A DNA stretch of 38,414 nt from an uncultured Burkholderiaceae bacterium (GTDB lineage Bacteria > Pseudomonadota > Gammaproteobacteria > Burkholderiales > Burkholderiaceae_C), in NCBI GenBank assembly GCA_964517545.1, contig CAZFET010000001.1:1-38414 (forward strand), written 5' to 3'. Position numbers and translations under genes: made by a program. Every line of letters starts with the position of its first letter. The first letter of the stretch is position 1. This document shows, in pieces, positions 26,338-35,189 of the stretch. The notes below the pieces were generated by a model. It searched no databases, had not been told where the DNA came from, and saw nothing but the letters and a program-made list of their open reading frames with translations.

Positions 26338-27414
26338 ATGAACGATCGGGCGTGGGTGGCGACGCGCAAGGGACTCATCGAGCTGCGGCGCCGCGGCAGC
26401 GCGTGGAAGATCGAGCGCACGAGCTTCCTCGGCGAGCCCGTGTCGATGCTGCTGCCGCCGGTCGGAGGGTCGGGCCGCATGCTCGCCGCGCTGGCGCTCG
26501 GGCACTTCGGCGTGAAGGTGCACGCCTCCGACGACGGCGGCGCGACCTGGGCCGAGGTGGCCACGCCGGCCTATCCGGCACAGCCGGCCGACGCCGCAGG
26601 GCCGCCGTGGAAGCTGGTGCAGATCTGGTCGATGACCGAGGCGCACGGCACGCTGTGGGCCGGCACCTTGCCCGGCGGCCTGTTCCGCTCGACCGACGGC
26701 GGCCGCTCGTGGGAGCTGGTCGAGGCGCTGTGGAACCGCGCGGAGCGGCTCGAGTGGTTCGGCGGCGGCTACGACGTGCCAGGCATCCACTCGCTGTGCC
26801 CGCATCCGCAGCGCGAGGGCGACCTGCTGGTGGGCATCAGCTGCGGCGGCGCCTGGGGCACGCGCGACGGCGGCCGCAGCTGGTCGCTGCAGGCGCAGGG
26901 CATGGTGGCCGCCTACATGCCGCCGGAGCAGGCCGGCAACCCGAACACGCAGGACCCGCACCTGATCGTGCGCTGCCCGGCGGCGCCCGACGTGTTGTGG
27001 TGCCAGCATCACAACGGCATCTGGCGCTCGACCGACGGCGCCGCGTCGTGGCAGGAGGTGACCGGCGCGCCGCTGTCGAACTTCGGCTTTGCGGTGGCCG
27101 TGCACCCGGCCGACGCCGACACCGCGTGGTTCGTGCCGGGCGTGGCCGACCAGTGCCGCGTGCCGGTGAATGGCGCGCTGGCCGTCAACCGCACGCGCGA
27201 CGGCGGGCGCAGCTTCGAGACCCTGCGCGAGGGGCTGCCGCAGCGCGACTGCTACGAGCTCGTCTACCGCCACGGTCTGGCGGTGGCCGGCGATGGCCGC
27301 TCGCTGCTCATGGGCAGCACCACCGGCGGGCTCTGGGCGAGCGCCGACGGCGGCGACGCGTGGAGCACCGTGTCGCTGCATCTGCCGCCGATCTTCGCGG
27401 TGCGCTTCGGCTGA
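26338..27414 (+). CDS. BNR/Asp-box repeat beta-propeller protein (sialidase-like fold)
   Basis: Frame of ORF 26086..27414 trimmed to ATG 26338, after GGAGG. Six Asp-boxes (S/T-x-D-x-G-x-x-W/F): SDDGGATW, STDGGRSW, TRDGGRSW, STDGAASW, TRDGGRSF and SADGGDAW. There is no signal peptide. Confidence 0.85.
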   Translation: MNDRAWVATRKGLIELRRRGSAWKIERTSFLGEPVSMLLPPVGGSGRMLAALALGHFGVKVHASDDGGATWAEVATPAYPAQPADAAGPPWKLVQIWSMTEAHGTLWAGTLPGGLFRSTDGGRSWELVEALWNRAERLEWFGGGYDVPGIHSLCPHPQREGDLLVGISCGGAWGTRDGGRSWSLQAQGMVAAYMPPEQAGNPNTQDPHLIVRCPAAPDVLWCQHHNGIWRSTDGAASWQEVTGAPLSNFGFAVAVHPADADTAWFVPGVADQCRVPVNGALAVNRTRDGGRSFETLREGLPQRDCYELVYRHGLAVAGDGRSLLMGSTTGGLWASADGGDAWSTVSLHLPPIFAVRFG

Positions 27415-27454
27415 CGGCGCGACGAGCCGCGCGGCGCGGCCGGACGGTCGGCGG

Positions 27455-27496
27455 GAGCGGGCCGACCGGAGCGGGCCGACGGGAACGCGCCGACGG
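27455..27496. repeat. 14-bp period x3 imperfect tandem repeat
   Basis: GAGCGGGCCGAC at 27455 and 27469, and GAACGCGCCGAC at 27483, in the 250-bp intergenic region after the BNR gene. Confidence 0.6.
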
Positions 27497-27577
27497 CGGC
27501 ACGCCGGCTGTTGCAGGTCGTCGCGCGTCACCGACAGCCGCGGCCCTCGATTCGCGGGTGCCACTCTTGTTGGGGAA

Positions 27578-27639
27578 TGACACCGTGCCGGCCGCTTCAC
27601 AGAATTCCTGTCACGCGGGGCCGGCACTATGGAGTGTCA
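27578..27639 (+). promoter_or_regulatory. extended imperfect hairpin/palindrome in the leader of the downstream membrane-protein gene
   Basis: Outer stem TGACAC (27578-27583) / GTGTCA (27634-27639). Inner 9-bp stem GTGCCGGCC (27585-27593) / GGCCGGCAC (27619-27627). Apical stem ACAG (27599-27602) / CTGT (27608-27611). Confidence 0.35.
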
Positions 27640-27664
27640 GTCCCCCGCGGGCAGGAGAGCCGCC

Positions 27665-28207
27665 ATGCCGCAGACCTTCAACGTCGGAGCCCGATCGCTG
27701 TTCGTCACCGTCACGGCGTGGGTGTTCATCGCGCTGAGCGGCCTGGCCACGGTCTCGGCGCTGATCCAGAACGCCGCCGTGGCGTCGCTGCTGCCGGCGC
27801 CCGTCGCCGCGATGCCGTCGCAGCCGCTGCCGCTGCTCACCGGCCTGCTGCTGGGCTACCTGCCCTGGGTCGTCGGATTCGGCCTGCTGATGTCGGTGGC
27901 GACGCTCGCCTCGGCCATCGGCCTGCTGCTGCGCCTGGACTGGGCGCGTCGTGTGTTCATCGGCCTGCTGGCCGTGGCGATCGTCTTCAACCTGCTCGGC
28001 CTGTGGCTGCAGCACGAGGTGGTGCAGTCGCTGGTGCAGGCCACGATCGGCCGCGCGCAGCTGCCGCCTCAGGCGGCCGACGTGTTCGGCGGCTTCGTGA
28101 CCGTGGCGCGCGTCCTCGCGGTGGCGCTCACCCTCGTGGCCTGCGGACTGCTCGGCTGGATCATCCGGCGACTGATGTCGCCGCTGGTGCGCCAGGAGTT
28201 CGCGTAG
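27665..28207 (+). CDS. hypothetical integral membrane protein (about 4 TM segments)
   Basis: ORF 27629..28207. I prefer ATG 27665, 6 nt after AGGAGA (27653-27658). Hydrophobic segments include FVTVTAWVFIALSGLATV and LLTGLLLGYLPWVVGFGLLMSV. Confidence 0.65.
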   Translation: MPQTFNVGARSLFVTVTAWVFIALSGLATVSALIQNAAVASLLPAPVAAMPSQPLPLLTGLLLGYLPWVVGFGLLMSVATLASAIGLLLRLDWARRVFIGLLAVAIVFNLLGLWLQHEVVQSLVQATIGRAQLPPQAADVFGGFVTVARVLAVALTLVACGLLGWIIRRLMSPLVRQEFA

Positions 28208-29051
28208 CCCACAGCCCGGCGCCGACCAGCGCCAGCGCCAGCCACAGCCGCGCCGGCACCGGCTCGCCGAGCACGGCGGCGCCGAGCGCCAGCGCCGTCA
28301 GCGGGCTGAGCGCGAGATAGAGGGTCACGCGCGACGCGTCGGCATGGCGCAGCGCCCACAGCCACAGCCAGTAGCCGACGCCGCTGGAGGCGCCGACCGC
28401 GCCCAGCACGATCCAGCCCGACACGCTGATCTGCGGCAGCCGCGCGAAGCCGCCTTCGATCCACGCGCCGGCGGCGAGGCTCGCGACCGCGGCGCCGAGC
28501 GCCCAGACCGTGAGGGGCAGCAGCGGATGGCGCCGCAGGTAGGGCCGGTACAGCACGCTGCACACGGCGCCCGTCAGCGCGCTGGCGAGCACGGCGAGTT
28601 CGCCCCACCAGGCGCTGCGCGCCGCGACGCCGGAGCCCAGGGCGACCGCCACACCGCCCAGCGTGAGGGCCACCGCGACGAGCTTGCGTGCGGTGAGGCG
28701 CTCGTGCCCGAGCGCCGCCGCCACGCCGAGCGCCAGCAGCGGGAAGCTCGCGAAGATCAACGCGGCGGGCGCGGCCGGCACGCTCTGCAGCCCGAAGTTC
28801 AGCAGCGCGATCAGCAGCGCGAACTGGCCGATGCCGAGGGCCATCGCCGGCAGCCGGTCGCGCCGGTCGATCGCGCGCACGGCCCGCCAGTCGACGAAGG
28901 GCAGCAAGGTCGCCAGCGCGACCGCGTAGCGCACGAAGGCGATCGAGGCGGGGCCGAGCTCGTCGACTACCGCGCGCGTGCCGACGATGGCCGCGCCGAC
29001 CTGCACGCCGACCGCGGCCGCCGCCGCGAGGGCGAGGCGGGCCGCGTTCAA
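28161..29051 (-). CDS. EamA/DMT-family transporter
   Basis: C-terminal 296 codons of track ORF 28161..29510, with about 10 TM segments. The proposed TTG start at 29051 overlaps the GNAT stop (TTGA). Confidence 0.8.
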   Translation of the reverse strand: MNAARLALAAAAAVGVQVGAAIVGTRAVVDELGPASIAFVRYAVALATLLPFVDWRAVRAIDRRDRLPAMALGIGQFALLIALLNFGLQSVPAAPAALIFASFPLLALGVAAALGHERLTARKLVAVALTLGGVAVALGSGVAARSAWWGELAVLASALTGAVCSVLYRPYLRRHPLLPLTVWALGAAVASLAAGAWIEGGFARLPQISVSGWIVLGAVGASSGVGYWLWLWALRHADASRVTLYLALSPLTALALGAAVLGEPVPARLWLALALVGAGLWATRTPGAPAATSVAG

Positions 29052-29665
29052 AGCGCCAGTTCCCAGGTTTCGCCGACGAGGTCGTGGCCGAAACTGTGGT
29101 GCGGCTCGCTCGCGACGAGCCGGTAGCCGGCGCGCTGGTAGATCGCGCGCGCGGCGAGCAGCACGCTGTTCGTCCACAGGCGGATACGTGCGTAGCCGGC
29201 CGCTTTCGCGAAGGCGGTGCACTCGTCGGTCAGGCGCCGGCCCAGCCCGAGGCCGCGAGCCGCCGGCTCGACCAGCAGCATGCGCAGCTGCGCCACCCGC
29301 GGAATCGGACGCCCGGTGCGCTCGTCGCGCGCCTGCACGAGGAAGACGCAGCCGGCGCGCGCGCCGTCGTGCTCGGCGATCCACGCGGCTTCGCGCCCGG
29401 CCTCGAACTGCTCGACGACGCGCGCCGCGATGTGGGCCACCAGCGCCTCGAAGCTCATGTCCCAGCCGTACTCCTGCGCGTACAGCGCGCCGTGGCGCGA
29501 GACCACCCATCCGATGTCGCCGGGCTGCAGCGAGCGCAGGATCACGGGCTCATCGCGCCGGCGCTCGTGGCCGAGCAGCCGTCGCTGCAGCACGCCGATG
29601 CGCCGCGCGCAGAAGCGGTCGAACGCGCGCAGCGCGTCGACGCGATCGGATGCGGTGCCGGCCAT
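29048..29665 (-). CDS. GNAT-family N-acetyltransferase with a vestigial MarR-type N-terminal segment
   Basis: Track ORF 29048..29845 trimmed to ATG 29665. Acetyl-CoA motif VEPAARGLGLGRRL. The PGDIGWVVSRHGALYAQEYGWD block is typical of the acetyltransferase half of bifunctional MarR-GNAT proteins. Confidence 0.85.
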   Translation of the reverse strand: MAGTASDRVDALRAFDRFCARRIGVLQRRLLGHERRRDEPVILRSLQPGDIGWVVSRHGALYAQEYGWDMSFEALVAHIAARVVEQFEAGREAAWIAEHDGARAGCVFLVQARDERTGRPIPRVAQLRMLLVEPAARGLGLGRRLTDECTAFAKAAGYARIRLWTNSVLLAARAIYQRAGYRLVASEPHHSFGHDLVGETWELAL

Positions 29666-29805
29666 GCGGGCCAGTATCGGCAGGGCCCCTGACCTTGGCA
29701 ACGACCGGCGTCGCGGCTGGGCTCCGGCGAGGGCGCCGGGGTCGAGCTCCGGCCGGCGGACGCCGGTGGCGTGAAGCGGGGAGCCCGTTCGCAGGTTCGC
29801 GCGAG

Positions 29806-29847
29806 GCGCGGAGGCTCGCGCCAAACGCGCCGAGGCTCGCGCCAAAC
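29806..29847. repeat. 21-bp tandem duplication
   Basis: GCGCGGAGGCTCGCGCCAAAC (29806-29826) and GCGCCGAGGCTCGCGCCAAAC (29827-29847), matching at 20 of 21 positions. Confidence 0.7.
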
Positions 29848-29849
29848 GA

Positions 29850-29874
29850 AACGGCCGCGCAGTGCGCGGCCGTT
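29850..29874 (-). terminator. intrinsic-terminator-like hairpin downstream of the cytochrome c gene
   Basis: An 11-bp perfect stem AACGGCCGCGC / GCGCGGCCGTT with a 3-nt loop. On the minus strand it is followed by TCGTTTGG. A second hairpin CTGGCCC-GT-GGGCCAG lies at 29882-29897. Confidence 0.55.
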
Positions 29875-29905
29875 CGATGGCTGGCCCGTGGGCCAGGCCG
29901 GTCGA

Positions 29906-30217
29906 TCACTTCTGGGTCATGATCCACTGCACCAGCTGCTTGGCCTCTGCCGGAGAGACCTGGGCATTGGCCGGCATCGGGACCGGGCCCCAGACGCCCT
30001 GGCCGCCCTTGATGATCTTCTCGGCGAGCTTGTCGACGGCGTCCTTCTGACCGGCGTACTTGGCTGCGACGTCCTTGTACGACGGCCCGACGAGTTTCTT
30101 GTCGACGGCGTGGCAGGCCATGCAGTTCTTCTTCTGCGCCAGGTCGGCGCTGGCGAACGCGGCGGTCGAGGACAGGCCGGCGACGGCAACGGCCAGGGTG
30201 GCAAGCAGCGGCTTCAT
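29906..30217 (-). CDS. class I c-type cytochrome (c551/c552-like), periplasmic
   Basis: 103-aa ORF with a signal peptide (MKPLLATLAVAVAGLSSTAAFA), heme motif CMACH and a distal Met in PMP. Confidence 0.9.
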   Translation of the reverse strand: MKPLLATLAVAVAGLSSTAAFASADLAQKKNCMACHAVDKKLVGPSYKDVAAKYAGQKDAVDKLAEKIIKGGQGVWGPVPMPANAQVSPAEAKQLVQWIMTQK

Positions 30218-30321
30218 GGGGTCCTTTCGGGTTGGCGTGAATTGCGAGCTTTACAGCGCGGTCAACGGATTGTAAAAGCCCCGGTTGACAGGGCGCGCCG
30301 CGCCCGTGGAGAAGCCCGCAC

Positions 30322-30750
30322 ATGTTCTTCGTCGTGGTCGGCACGCTCATGGTGCTGCTGAAGTTCGCCGACGTCTCGCCGGTCGCGGGCTGGTCGTGGT
30401 GGGTCGTGCTCGCGCCGTTCGGCCTGGCGGTGCTGTGGTGGTCGTATGCCGACAGCTCGGGCCTCACGAAGAAGCGCGAGATGCAGAAGATGGAAGACCG
30501 CAAGGAGGCGCGGCGCCGCAAGGCGTTCGAGGCCCTGGGCATCGACCACCGCCGCTTCGACCGCAACAAGCGCAAGGCCGCGGCCTACAAGGCGCAGCAC
30601 CAGGAGAAGGTGCGCGAAGTCGAGGCCGAACGCGCGGCCGAGCGCCAGCGCCACGCCGACACGGTCACGCGCAGCAGCCAGTTCCACAGCCAGGTCGAGT
30701 CGACCAACTTCACCGACCTCGAAGAGCCGGTGCCGCCGAAGAAGCTCTGA
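30322..30750 (+). CDS. small Trp-rich membrane protein (TIGR04438-like) with a long charged tail
   Basis: 142-aa ORF. The N-terminal hydrophobic region has clustered Trp (AGWSWWVVLAPFGLAVLWWSY). It is followed by a Lys/Arg/Glu-rich region. Confidence 0.75.
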   Translation: MFFVVVGTLMVLLKFADVSPVAGWSWWVVLAPFGLAVLWWSYADSSGLTKKREMQKMEDRKEARRRKAFEALGIDHRRFDRNKRKAAAYKAQHQEKVREVEAERAAERQRHADTVTRSSQFHSQVESTNFTDLEEPVPPKKL

Positions 30751-30760
30751 ACGGGCTCCG

Positions 30761-32446
30761 TCAGTCGCGGTCGAGCACGGCGCCGGTGCTGGCGCTCGAC
30801 GTGTTCTTCGCGAACTTGGCCAGCACGCCGCGCGTGTAGCGCGGCTTCGGCGCCTGCCACGCGGCGCGTCGGCGTGCGAGCTCCGCGTCGTCGACGTTGA
30901 GCTGCAGCAGCAGCTTGTGCGCGTCGATCGTGATCGAGTCGCCCTCGCGCACGAGCGCGATCGTGCCGCCGACCGCCGCCTCGGGTGCGACGTGGCCGAC
31001 GACCATGCCCCACGTGCCGCCGGAGAAGCGACCGTCGGTGACGAGGCCCACCGACTCACCGAGCCCCTGGCCGATGAGCGCGGACGTCGGCGCGAGCATC
31101 TCCGGCATGCCGGGCGCGCCCTTCGGACCGAGGTAGCGCAGCACCATCACGTCGCCCGGCTGGATGCGGCGATCCATGATCGCCGCCAGCGCGCTCTGCT
31201 CGTCGTCGAACACGCGCGCGGGTCCGGTGATCACCGGGTTCTTCAGCCCGGTGATCTTGGCGACGCTGCCTTCGGTCGACAGGTTGCCCTTGAGGATGGC
31301 GAGGTGGCCCTGTGCGTACAGCGGCCGGTCGACCGGGCGGATCACGTCCTGGTCGGCGCGCGGCGCCGCGGGCACGTCGGCGAGGTTCTCGGCCAGGGTC
31401 TTGCCGGTCATGGTGATGCAGTCGCCGTGCAGCAGGCCGGCGTCGAGCAGCAGCTTCATCACCTGCGGAATGCCGCCGGCGCGGTGCAGGTCGATCGCGA
31501 GGTACCGGCCCGACGGCTTGAGGTCGCAGATCACCGGCACCTTGCGGCGCACGCGCTCGAAGTCGTCGATGCTCCACTCGACGCCGGCGGCGTGCGCGAT
31601 GAACGGCTCGTGCAGCACCGCGTTGGTCGAGCCGCCGGTGGCCATGATGACGGCGACGGCGTTCTCGATGCTCTGGCGCGTGACGATGTCGCGCGGTTTC
31701 AGGTCGCGGCGCACCGCCTCGACCACGGCGCCGGCGGCGCGATCCATCAGGGCGACGATCTCGTCCTCGACGTTGGCCATCGTGCTCGAGCCCGGCAGGC
31801 TCATGCCGAGTGCTTCGAACGCGCTGCTCATCGTGTTGGCCGTGTACATGCCGCCGCAGGAGCCGCTGCCGGGGATGGCGCGGCGCTCGATCTGGCAGAA
31901 GTCCTCCTCGCTCATGCGGCCGGCGGAGAACTCGCCCACCGCCTCGAACACGCTGACGATGTTGAGGTCCTTGCCCTTGTAGTGACCGGGCAGGATGGTG
32001 CCGCCGTAGACGAAGAGCCCCGGCACGTTGGCGCGCAGCATGCCCATCATCGCGCCGGGCATGTTCTTGTCGCAGCCGCCGATCGTGATGACGCCGTCCA
32101 TCCACTGGCCGCCCACGCAGGTCTCGATGCAGTCGGCGATCACCTCGCGCGAGACCAGCGAGTACTTCATGCCCTCGGTGCCCATCGCCATGCCGTCGCT
32201 GATGGTCGGCGTGCCGAAGACCTGCGGGTTGGCGCCGGCCTTCTTCAGCGACGCGATCGCGGCGTCGGCGAGCCGCTGCAGCCCCGAGTTGCACGGCGTG
32301 ATGGTCGAGTGGCCGTTGGCCACGCCGATCATCGGCTTGGCGAAGTCCTCGGGCTGGTAGCCCATGCCGTAGAACATCGAGCGGTTGGGCGCGCGTGCGA
32401 CGCCTTCGGTGATGTTCCTCGAGCGGGGATTGAGCTTGTCGGTCAT
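30761..32446 (-). CDS. ilvD: dihydroxy-acid dehydratase
   Basis: 561-aa ORF: [30 protein letters not shown]..., [20 protein letters not shown]. Confidence 0.96.
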   Translation of the reverse strand: MTDKLNPRSRNITEGVARAPNRSMFYGMGYQPEDFAKPMIGVANGHSTITPCNSGLQRLADAAIASLKKAGANPQVFGTPTISDGMAMGTEGMKYSLVSREVIADCIETCVGGQWMDGVITIGGCDKNMPGAMMGMLRANVPGLFVYGGTILPGHYKGKDLNIVSVFEAVGEFSAGRMSEEDFCQIERRAIPGSGSCGGMYTANTMSSAFEALGMSLPGSSTMANVEDEIVALMDRAAGAVVEAVRRDLKPRDIVTRQSIENAVAVIMATGGSTNAVLHEPFIAHAAGVEWSIDDFERVRRKVPVICDLKPSGRYLAIDLHRAGGIPQVMKLLLDAGLLHGDCITMTGKTLAENLADVPAAPRADQDVIRPVDRPLYAQGHLAILKGNLSTEGSVAKITGLKNPVITGPARVFDDEQSALAAIMDRRIQPGDVMVLRYLGPKGAPGMPEMLAPTSALIGQGLGESVGLVTDGRFSGGTWGMVVGHVAPEAAVGGTIALVREGDSITIDAHKLLLQLNVDDAELARRRAAWQAPKPRYTRGVLAKFAKNTSSASTGAVLDRD

Positions 32447-32547
32447 GGCAGGTACGGCGAAGGGGCGGGCGGGGCGGCGGGCAGGAGAGTGCGCAGCGGC
32501 GGTGCTGCCGGGGCATTCTAGGTCGCGCTGCTAGCATTCCGGCCGTC

Positions 32548-33351
32548 ATGCTCGTCCACCCGCAGTTCGACCCCATCGCGATCCGCATCGGATCGTTCGG
32601 CATCCACTGGTACGGACTGACCTACCTGGTCGCCTTCGGCCTGTTCCTGTGGCTCGCGACCCTGCGCACGCGCCGCGAGCCGTACGCGTCGGCCGGCTGG
32701 TCGCGGCGCGACGTCGAGGACCTGCTGTTCTGGGGCGTGGTCGGCGTGATCATCGGCGGGCGCCTGGGCTACGTGCTGTTCTACAAGCCCGGCTACTACG
32801 CCGCGAACCCGCTCGAGGCGCTCGCGGTGTGGAAGGGCGGCATGTCGTTCCACGGCGGGCTGCTGGGCGTGATCGCGGCGATGGCGTGGTTCGCGCGCTC
32901 GCGCGCGCGGCCCTTCCTGCAGGTGGCCGACCTCGTGGCGCCGTGCGTGCCCGTCGGGCTCGCGAGCGGGCGGCTCGGCAACTTCATCAACGGCGAGCTG
33001 TGGGGCCGCGCCGCCGATCCGTCCTTGCCGTGGGCGATGGTGTTCCCGCAGTCCGGCACGCCGATCCCGCGGCATCCGTCGCCGCTGTACCAGTTCGCGC
33101 TCGAAGGGCTGCTGCTGTTCGTGCTGCTGTGGTGGTTCGCGCGCCGCCCGCGGCCGCTCGGTGCGGTGTCGGGCGCCTTTCTCGTGGGGTACGGCGTGCT
33201 GCGCTTCGTGGCCGAGTACTTCCGCGAACCCGACAGCTTCCTCGGTCTGCTCGCGCTGAACCTCAGCATGGGGCAGTGGTTGTGCCTGCCGATGATCGCG
33301 GCCGGCGCGTGGCTGTGGGCGACGAGCGCAAAGCGGGGGGCCGGCGCATGA
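32548..33351 (+). CDS. lgt: prolipoprotein diacylglyceryl transferase
   Basis: 267-aa ORF with [26 protein letters not shown] and [13 protein letters not shown]. Confidence 0.93.
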   Translation: MLVHPQFDPIAIRIGSFGIHWYGLTYLVAFGLFLWLATLRTRREPYASAGWSRRDVEDLLFWGVVGVIIGGRLGYVLFYKPGYYAANPLEALAVWKGGMSFHGGLLGVIAAMAWFARSRARPFLQVADLVAPCVPVGLASGRLGNFINGELWGRAADPSLPWAMVFPQSGTPIPRHPSPLYQFALEGLLLFVLLWWFARRPRPLGAVSGAFLVGYGVLRFVAEYFREPDSFLGLLALNLSMGQWLCLPMIAAGAWLWATSAKRGAGA

Positions 33352-34052
33352 GACAGGTCTTCCTCGACACCGAGACCACGGGCCTCAGCCCGGAGAGCGG
33401 CGACCGCATCATCGAGATCGGCTGCATCGAGATGGTCAACCGCCGGCTCACGGGTCACAACAAGCACTTCTACGTCAACCCCGAGCGCCGCAACAGCGAA
33501 GACGCGGTCAAGATCCACGGCCTCACCGACGAGTTCCTCGCCGACAAGCCCGTGTTCGCCGCGATCGCCGACGAGCTGCTCGAGTACCTGGCCGGCGCCG
33601 AGGTGGTGATCCACAACGCGAGCTTCGACGTCGGCTTCCTCGACATGGAGCTGCGCCGTCTCGGCAAGCCGCCGTTCGCCAGCTTCGTCGAGCGCGTGAC
33701 CGACAGCCTCGCCATGGCGCGCGAGCAGTTCCCGGGCAAGTCGAACTCGCTCGACGCGCTGTGCAAGCGGCTCGAGGTCGACAACAGCAACCGCACCTTG
33801 CACGGCGCGCTGCTCGACGCCGGGCTGCTGGCCGAGGTGTACATCCGCATGACGCGCGGCCAGGAGTCGCTGGTCATCGACCCGACCGACGCCGGCCCGC
33901 AGATCGCGACCGCGGAAGACGTGGACCTGGCGGCGTTCGAGCTGCCGGTGATCGAGCCCGATGCCGACGAGCGCGCGGCGCACGAAGCCGTGCTGGCCGA
34001 GCTCGACAAGGCCTGCGGCGGCGCGGCGGTGTGGCGCAGGGCCATGGCATAA
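33348..34052 (+). CDS. dnaQ: DNA polymerase III epsilon subunit (3'-5' proofreading exonuclease)
   Basis: Frame of ORF 32649..34052 trimmed to ATG 33348, giving an ATGA overlap with the lgt stop. Exo motifs: [18 protein letters not shown] and [14 protein letters not shown]. Confidence 0.93.
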   Translation: MRQVFLDTETTGLSPESGDRIIEIGCIEMVNRRLTGHNKHFYVNPERRNSEDAVKIHGLTDEFLADKPVFAAIADELLEYLAGAEVVIHNASFDVGFLDMELRRLGKPPFASFVERVTDSLAMAREQFPGKSNSLDALCKRLEVDNSNRTLHGALLDAGLLAEVYIRMTRGQESLVIDPTDAGPQIATAEDVDLAAFELPVIEPDADERAAHEAVLAELDKACGGAAVWRRAMA

Positions 34053-34078
34053 TTCGCGCCTTGCCGCGCCAGCGGCGC

Positions 34079-34153
34079 GGGTGGTTAGCTCAGCGGTAGA
34101 GCACTGCCTTCACACGGCAGGGGTCGCAGGTTCGAACCCTGCACCACCCACCA
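34079..34153 (+). tRNA. tRNA-Val (anticodon CAC)
   Basis: GGGTGGTTAGCTCAGCGGTAGAGCACTGCCTTCACACGGCAGGGGTCGCAGGTTCGAACCCTGCACCACCCACCA folds as a 75-nt cloverleaf with all four stems Watson-Crick paired. Anticodon loop TT-CAC-AC, and CCA is encoded. Confidence 0.93.
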
Positions 34154-34169
34154 TCGGATCTCCGGACTC

Positions 34170-34391
34170 ATGACCAAAGCCACTACGACCCGCATCACGG
34201 GCGACGGGCTGCGTTACGCGAGCAAGGTCGGCGGCTCGCCGTTCATCGGGCGGGGCAACACGCGGTCGTGCTTCAAGTGCGGCCGCCACCGCTCGCCCGA
34301 CCAGCTCCAGAGCAAGCGGCTGCTCGGCAAGGTGCAGATGGTGTGCAAGCCCTCGTGCGAGGAACTGCGCGCCGCCGAGAACTCGCGCTGA
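34170..34391 (+). CDS. hypothetical small Cys4 (zinc-ribbon-like) protein, 73 aa
   Basis: ATG ORF beginning 16 nt after the tRNA-Val 3' end. Codons are strongly GC3-biased. Cys pattern CFKC...VCKPSC. Confidence 0.55.
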   Translation: MTKATTTRITGDGLRYASKVGGSPFIGRGNTRSCFKCGRHRSPDQLQSKRLLGKVQMVCKPSCEELRAAENSR

Positions 34392-34448
34392 CGTCTCGCG
34401 GGTCTCGCGGCCGCGCGCCGGTGTTCGTCCCGTCGCCGACCCGGCGCT

Positions 34449-35189
34449 TCAGGCCGCCGAAGCGTCGCGCCACACGCCGTCCAGCAGCAGCTGGTGCGGC
34501 CTGAACTGCGCCTTGTAGGCCATCTTCGTGCTCTCGGCGATCCAGTAGCCGAGGTACACGTGCGGCAGCCGCAGCTGCCGCGCCTGGTCGATCTGCCACA
34601 GCACGCTGTAGGTGCCGTAGCTCGCGCGCGGCTCGGGCTCGTAGAAGGTGTACACCGCCGACAGCCCGTCGTTCAGGATGTCGAGGATCGACACCATCTT
34701 GAGCGGCCCGAGGCCGCCCGGCGCCGGCTCGCGGAACTCCACCAGCCGCGAGTTCACGCGGCTTTGCAGCAGGAACTGCGTGTACTGGTCGATGCTGTCG
34801 TGGTCCATGCCGCCGCCGGCGTGGCGGCCGGCCTGGTAGCGCAGGTAGAGCTGGTAGTGCTCGGGCACGAAGCACAGACGCAGCACCCGCGCCTGCAAGG
34901 CGTGATGCGCCGTCCACGCGCGGCGCTGGCTGCGCGACGGCTCGAAGCGCTCGACCGGCACGCGCAGCGGCACGCACGCGCGGCAGCCGTCGCAATAGGG
35001 GCGGTAGGTGAACATGCCGCTGCGCCGGAAGCCGTTGGCCACCAGCCCCGAGTACGCGTCGGCATGGATCAGGTGGCTGGGCGTGGCCACCTGCGAGCGC
35101 GCCATGCGCCCCGACAGGTAGCTGCACGGGTAGGGCGCCGTCGCATAGAACTGCAGCGACGCGAGCGGGAGCTCCTTCGGGTGGGTCAT
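34449..35189 (-). CDS. bpt: arginyltransferase-family aspartate/glutamate leucyltransferase (N-degron pathway)
   Basis: Track ORF 34449..35237 trimmed to ATG 35189. Motifs: [29 protein letters not shown] and YLGYWI. Confidence 0.88.
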   Translation of the reverse strand: MTHPKELPLASLQFYATAPYPCSYLSGRMARSQVATPSHLIHADAYSGLVANGFRRSGMFTYRPYCDGCRACVPLRVPVERFEPSRSQRRAWTAHHALQARVLRLCFVPEHYQLYLRYQAGRHAGGGMDHDSIDQYTQFLLQSRVNSRLVEFREPAPGGLGPLKMVSILDILNDGLSAVYTFYEPEPRASYGTYSVLWQIDQARQLRLPHVYLGYWIAESTKMAYKAQFRPHQLLLDGVWRDASAA

